Shown piece after piece: positions 59,949 to 64,000 of a DNA stretch of 64,000 bases (the first letter of the stretch is position 1; every line of letters starts with the position of its first letter). The DNA is from an uncultured Gaiellaceae bacterium (GTDB lineage Bacteria; Actinomycetota; Thermoleophilia; Gaiellales; Gaiellaceae), in the NCBI GenBank assembly GCA_963808915.1, contig CAWEHJ010000002.1, forward strand, positions 174,815 through 238,814, written 5' to 3'. The position numbers and the translations under genes are program-made. Below the pieces are notes generated by a model, which was not told the origin of the DNA, did not search any database, and saw only the letters and a program-made list of their open reading frames with translations.

Positions 59949-60814
59949 CGAGCGGCGACCGGGTGCTCTTCCCGGAGGACGGCGTGACGAAGGGCGACCT
60001 CTTCGAGTACTACGGCGCGATCGCCCCGGCGATCCTCCCCCACCTGAAGGACCGGCCGTTCACGATGAAGCGGATCCCGATGGGCGTCGGCACCGAGGCG
60101 TACTTCCAGAAGCAGGCGCCGAAGGGGATGCCGTCGTGGATCCCGACGCGCACCTTCCGGACGTTCCCGCGCGCGGGTGAGCCGCGGATGGTCGACTTCC
60201 CGCTCGTCGGCACCCGCGAGGCCCTCCAGTGGATGGCGCAGATGAACTGCATCGACATGAACGCCTGGTACTCGCGCGTCGACAAGCCGGAACGGCCGGA
60301 CTACGTCGTCTTCGACCTCGACCCGCCGGACGGCGAGTTCGCGCTCTGCATCCGGGCCGCGCACCTGCTGCGGGAGCTGCTCGACTCGCTCGAGCTGCGC
60401 TCGTACGTGAAGACGAGCGGCGCGGACGGGATCCACGTGCTCGTCCCGGTCGCCAGGCGCTACGGCTTCGACCGGACGTACGCGTTCGCCGAGGCCGCCT
60501 CCCGCCGGCTCGAGGCCGACAACCCCGGCCTCGTCACGACCGAGTGGCTGAAGAAGAAGCGGCAGGGCGTTCTGCTCGACCACCGCCAGAACGGGCACGG
60601 CAAGACGCTCGCGTCGGTCTACTCCGTGCGGCCGAAGCCGGGCGCGCCGGTCTCGACGCCGCTCCGCTGGGAGGAGCTGACGGAGTCGGTGACACCGCGG
60701 GACTTCACGATGGCGGTCGCGCTCGAGCGCGTCGAACGGTACGGCGACCTGTTCGAGCCGACCCTCCGCGGCGGCCAGTCGCTCGGCGCGGCGCTCGAGA
60801 AGCTCAGCGGCTGA
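59927..60814 (+). CDS. Stand-alone LigD-type polymerase/primase domain (NHEJ polymerase)
   Basis: 295 aa with KDRPFTMKRIP, VFDLDP, SYVKTSGADGIHVLVP and LLDHRQNG. Confidence 0.9.
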   Translation: MARDVKLTSGDRVLFPEDGVTKGDLFEYYGAIAPAILPHLKDRPFTMKRIPMGVGTEAYFQKQAPKGMPSWIPTRTFRTFPRAGEPRMVDFPLVGTREALQWMAQMNCIDMNAWYSRVDKPERPDYVVFDLDPPDGEFALCIRAAHLLRELLDSLELRSYVKTSGADGIHVLVPVARRYGFDRTYAFAEAASRRLEADNPGLVTTEWLKKKRQGVLLDHRQNGHGKTLASVYSVRPKPGAPVSTPLRWEELTESVTPRDFTMAVALERVERYGDLFEPTLRGGQSLGAALEKLSG

Positions 60815-61928
60815 GCGTCGCCACGGCTGCCGCGACGCGCTTCGCGTCCTTCGCCGCCTCGCGGAGGAGGCCGCTCAGGGTCGGCTGGAGCGCGGCGAAG
60901 TAGAGGCCCGGCGCGGCCGGGTGCGTCTCGGCGCCGTGGACGAGTGGCCGGCCGGCCTCGTCGAGCACGCCGAGGTGCCCGACGAGCGGCTCCAACCCCG
61001 GCCGGAAGCCCGTCGCGGCGATCACCGCGTCCACGTCCAGCCGCGAGCCGTCGACGAGCACGACGGTGCCGTCCTCGATCCGGTCCACCGCCTTGACGAT
61101 CTCGATGCGGCCCGCCCGGACGGCGTCGACGAAGCCGACGTCGAGGATCGGCACCGTGCCGGTGCGACCGAACTGCGCGATCCCGTCGGGCGGTGCGGGC
61201 AGGCCGTAGGGCTCGAGGTCCGGGATCGAGATCTTCCGCAGCCCACGGCTGATCGGCACGATCGTCCGCCGCGGCAACCTGCCGAGGGCGATCCCGAGCA
61301 GCTGACTCGGGACGCCGAGCGTGTCGCGCCGGACGACGATCGGCGGCGTCCGCACGCTCAGCCGGACACGCGCAGCCCCGCCTTCGGCGAGATCGGTCGC
61401 GATCTCCGCGCCCGAGTTCCCCGAGCCGACGACGAGCACGTCCTGCCCCGTGTACGGGGACGGCTCGACGTAGTCGACTGAGTGGACGAGCCTGCCGCCG
61501 AGCGACTCGCGCTCCGGCCAATCCGGGGTCACCGGCTCGCTGTTGTAGCCGCTCGCCACGACCACGACCGAGGCGTTCATGTCGCCCGCCGACGTCCGCA
61601 GGACCCAGCCGTCGTCCTCGCGGTCGATCCGCTCGACCCGCACGCCGAGCCGCGGCTCGAGCCCGTGGTGGCGCACGTAGGCCTCGAGGTAGTCGGCGTA
61701 GGCGTCCTTCGGCACCCACTTCCCCGCCGAGCGCGCCACCGGCAGCCCCGGCAGCCCGGAGAGCCAGCGGACGGTGTGCAGGTGAAGCCGCGCGTAGCGG
61801 CCGCGCCACGACTCGCCGATCGCGTCGCCCTGCTCGAGCAGCACGCTCTCGACGCCCTCCTGGCGGAGCACGGCGGCGACGGCGAGCCCGGTTGGGCCGG
61901 CGCCGACGATCGCGACGGGTGCGCTCAC
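60804..61928 (-). CDS. Flavin-containing monooxygenase-like NAD(P)/FAD oxidoreductase
   Basis: GTG at 61928 (VSAPVAIVGAGPTGLA), a second dinucleotide motif VLVVGSGNSGAEIA, and ATGFRP. Confidence 0.85.
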   Translation of the reverse strand: MSAPVAIVGAGPTGLAVAAVLRQEGVESVLLEQGDAIGESWRGRYARLHLHTVRWLSGLPGLPVARSAGKWVPKDAYADYLEAYVRHHGLEPRLGVRVERIDREDDGWVLRTSAGDMNASVVVVASGYNSEPVTPDWPERESLGGRLVHSVDYVEPSPYTGQDVLVVGSGNSGAEIATDLAEGGAARVRLSVRTPPIVVRRDTLGVPSQLLGIALGRLPRRTIVPISRGLRKISIPDLEPYGLPAPPDGIAQFGRTGTVPILDVGFVDAVRAGRIEIVKAVDRIEDGTVVLVDGSRLDVDAVIAATGFRPGLEPLVGHLGVLDEAGRPLVHGAETHPAAPGLYFAALQPTLSGLLREAAKDAKRVAAAVATLSR

Positions 61929-62108
61929 GTCCCGATCCGGTTCCGTGCCCGCGAGCGCAGCTCCGCCGCCCACGCCGCGGCCCGCAACCCGAGCCAGATC
62001 GGCGTCAGCAACACGTAGAAGACGACGACCGCGGCGGCCAGGATCGACCACCAGAGCGCCCAGTAGCGGAGCGGCACCGAGCCCTTCTCGGAGAGGTCGC
62101 GGCGTCAT
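61925..62108 (-). pseudogene. Small membrane protein (about 60 aa); likely one-base frame change just after the ATG
   Basis: The ATG at 62108 overlaps the PDRP stop (ATGA). DLSEKGSVPLRYWALWWSILAAAVVVFYVLLTPIWLGL... is in another frame, and its TGA overlaps the FMO GTG (GTGA). Confidence 0.3.
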
Positions 62109-62944
62109 GCGACCGGTGCGGCCTCGTCCGCCTTGCGCCGCTCGACGATCCGCACGATCCGCATCGCCGTCTCCTCGACGGAGAGCTCGGTCACGTCGAT
62201 CACCGGGCACCCGAGCCGCCGGTGCACGTTCGTCGCCACGTCCAGCTCCTCGTAGATCTCCATCAGCTCCGCGTACTGCCGGTTCTTCGCGCCCATCGAG
62301 CGCACCCGCGCGGAGCGGATCTCGCCGAGCCGCTCCGCGTCGATCGTCAGCCCGACCACCTTCGTCGCGTCGATCTCGAACAGCTCCTTCGGCGGCTCGA
62401 TCCCCTTCACGATCGGGACGTTCGCGGTCTTGTGCCCGAGGTAGCCGAGGTAGATCGACAACGGCGTCTTCGAAGTGCGCGAGACGCCGACGAGGACGAT
62501 GTCCGCCTCGCCGAGGCCGCTGCCGACGCCGTCGTCGTAGCGGACGGCGAACTCCATCGCCTCGACCCGCTTGAAGTAGGCGGCGTTGAGCGCCGGCCGC
62601 GCGCCGGGCTTCATCTTCGCCGCCATGCCCGAGACGCGGGCGATCGACTCGATCGGGTGGCCGAGCAGGTCGCAGTAGTGGACGCGGGCGCTGCGGCAGA
62701 ACTGGCGCATCGCGTCGCGGAGCTCGGGCTTGACGAGCGTGTAGACGATCACCGCCGAGCGGCCCTTCGCCCGGTTGACCGCGAGCGCGAGGTCCTCGAC
62801 CGACTCGACCCGCGGGTGGCGGACCTCCTCGAACTCCTGCTCGGGGAACTGGGCCTCGAGCGCCAGCACGAGCCGCGCCGCCGTCTCGCCGGTCGAGTCC
62901 GAGACGATGTGGAGCTCGACGGGCGTGCCGGAGGCCGGATTCAC
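62105..62944 (-). CDS. Pyruvate phosphate dikinase / PEP synthase regulatory protein (PDRP, DUF299 kinase-pyrophosphorylase)
   Basis: 279 aa with HIVSDSTGETA and GVSRTSKTPLSIYL (P-loop). Confidence 0.9.
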   Translation of the reverse strand: MNPASGTPVELHIVSDSTGETAARLVLALEAQFPEQEFEEVRHPRVESVEDLALAVNRAKGRSAVIVYTLVKPELRDAMRQFCRSARVHYCDLLGHPIESIARVSGMAAKMKPGARPALNAAYFKRVEAMEFAVRYDDGVGSGLGEADIVLVGVSRTSKTPLSIYLGYLGHKTANVPIVKGIEPPKELFEIDATKVVGLTIDAERLGEIRSARVRSMGAKNRQYAELMEIYEELDVATNVHRRLGCPVIDVTELSVEETAMRIVRIVERRKADEAAPVA

Positions 62945-62954
62945 GTGTGTGAGG

Positions 62955-63678
62955 CTATCGCGGCCGGCGCGCGACGAAGGCCCGCCAGTCGACGGTCTCC
63001 TCGACGTTCAGCCGCTCCACGCGCGCCTCGAAGCCGGCCTCGCGCAGCCAGTCGAGCCAGTCCTGCTCGGGAAAGACGCCGCAGACGTGACGGTCGAGGA
63101 CCACGCGCGGCTCGGCTCCGTCCTGAGCGGACGATGTACGCGTAGTCGACGTCGTAGGTGGTCGCGGTCGGCCCGGAGTCGTGCACCCATTCCAGGTAGC
63201 GGAGGGAGCGGCCGTCACCGTCGTGGCCGCCGTGCCGCGTCTCGGCGACGAGCGTCTCGCGGACGCAGTCCGGCACCAGCACGGCCACCCCGCCCGGCCG
63301 GAGGTGCTCGAACACCGTGGCGAGCGCGGCGCGCAGGTCCGCCTCCGTCGTCATGTAGACGATCGCGTCGTGGACGAGGACGGCGTCGAACGTCCGTCCG
63401 AGGTGAAGCGTGCGCATGTCGCCCTGCGCGTGCTCGCACTCGGGATTGAGCCCGCGCGAGACCGCGAGCATCGGCTCGGAGAGGTCGGTCAGGGTGCACT
63501 CGAAGCGCGCCTTCAGGTGGCTCGCGTTGTTGCCGCCGCCGGAGCCGAGCTCGAGCAGCGTGCGGGCGTCCGGCACCTCGGCCTCGACCAGCCGCACGAT
63601 CTCGGCCGCCTCCTCGGCGTAGTCCTCGGGCGCGGTGACGAGGTGGAACCAGCCGGCCAGCTCGTCGTACATCTTCAT
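62955..63678 (-). pseudogene. Class I SAM-dependent methyltransferase; frameshift at about 63126-63130
   Basis: MKMYDELAGWFHL...LELGSGGGNNA (ORF 62941..63834) continues as QDGAEPRVVLDRHVCGVFPEQDWLDWLREAGFE in ORF 62955..63218. Confidence 0.75.
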
Positions 63679-63802
63679 CGCGAGACCAGCGGCGCCGTCC
63701 GCCCGCCGGTGAGCCGCTCGTGCGGACGGTACGGGATGCCCTCGCGCTCGAGCACCGCGATGGCCGGAGTCGCCTCCACGGCAGGAAGGTAGCCTGCCGC
63801 GC

Positions 63803-64000
63803 ATGGCCGAGACCGAGCCCACCGACGCCGTCACGATGGACGCGATCGTCTCGCTGGCTCGCCGCCGAGGCTTCGTCTTCCCCTCCTCGGAGATCTACGG
63901 CGGCCTCGGCTCCGCCTACGACTACGGCCACTACGGCGTGCTGCTGAAGGAGAACGTCAAGGCCCGCTGGCTCGAGGCGATGGTGCGCGAGCGGGAGGAC
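63803..64000 (+). CDS. glyQS: Glycine--tRNA ligase (partial, 5' end)
   Basis: The ATG at 63803 gives [56 protein letters not shown], which runs off the window. Confidence 0.85.
   Translation, partial: MAETEPTDAVTMDAIVSLARRRGFVFPSSEIYGGLGSAYDYGHYGVLLKENVKARWLEAMVRERED

Noticed and set aside
63679-63802. A possible T-box leader upstream of glyQS.
   Set aside because: Only about 124 nt are available, with no AGGGTGGTACCGCG-type T-box sequence or specifier/terminator architecture.

Overview
This is a high-GC window (by eye above 70% G+C) that looks like the chromosomal core of a deep-branching actinobacterium (Thermoleophilia/Rubrobacteria-like). That taxonomic guess is an inference from gene order and protein signatures, not from a search.

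Gene blocks, in order:
- Envelope glycan and lipid genes: O-antigen-ligase-like gene, sugar transferase, uppP, fused Man-1-P guanylyltransferase/phosphomannomutase, pgsA, and a GH99-like gene.
- An RsiG-like / FHA / MerR module.
- A roughly 1.7 kb degraded tRNA-Pro-associated island.
- The conserved minus-strand run proS-ispG-rseP-dxr-cdsA-uppS-frr-pyrH-tsf-rpsB, then rluD-lspA-dksA-like-DUF167-divIVA-yggT-sepF-yggS-pgeF-cca.
- murA, an ArsR module, dnaE2 and an SOS-boxed imuB, ppdK with a distant PDRP gene, a stand-alone LigD polymerase domain, and the 5' end of glyQS.

No CRISPR array, intact transposase, intact integrase or recognisable defence system was seen.

The most notable observations:
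1. A small ORF carries an exact RsiG-type c-di-GMP-binding motif and is translationally coupled to the FHA and MerR genes.
2. A 17-codon CC-x4-CC-x4-CC ORF is coupled to an ArsR/CadC-like regulator that has twin palindromic operators.
3. A low-GC 21-bp palindrome occurs twice. One copy sits in frame inside dnaE2.
4. Single-base frameshifts are pervasive, many of them in short homopolymers. They hit conserved and essential genes, so they look more like consensus errors than biology.

Limits: start codons are often alternative (GTG/TTG) and uncertain. All family calls come from motif recognition by eye, and no database search was run.
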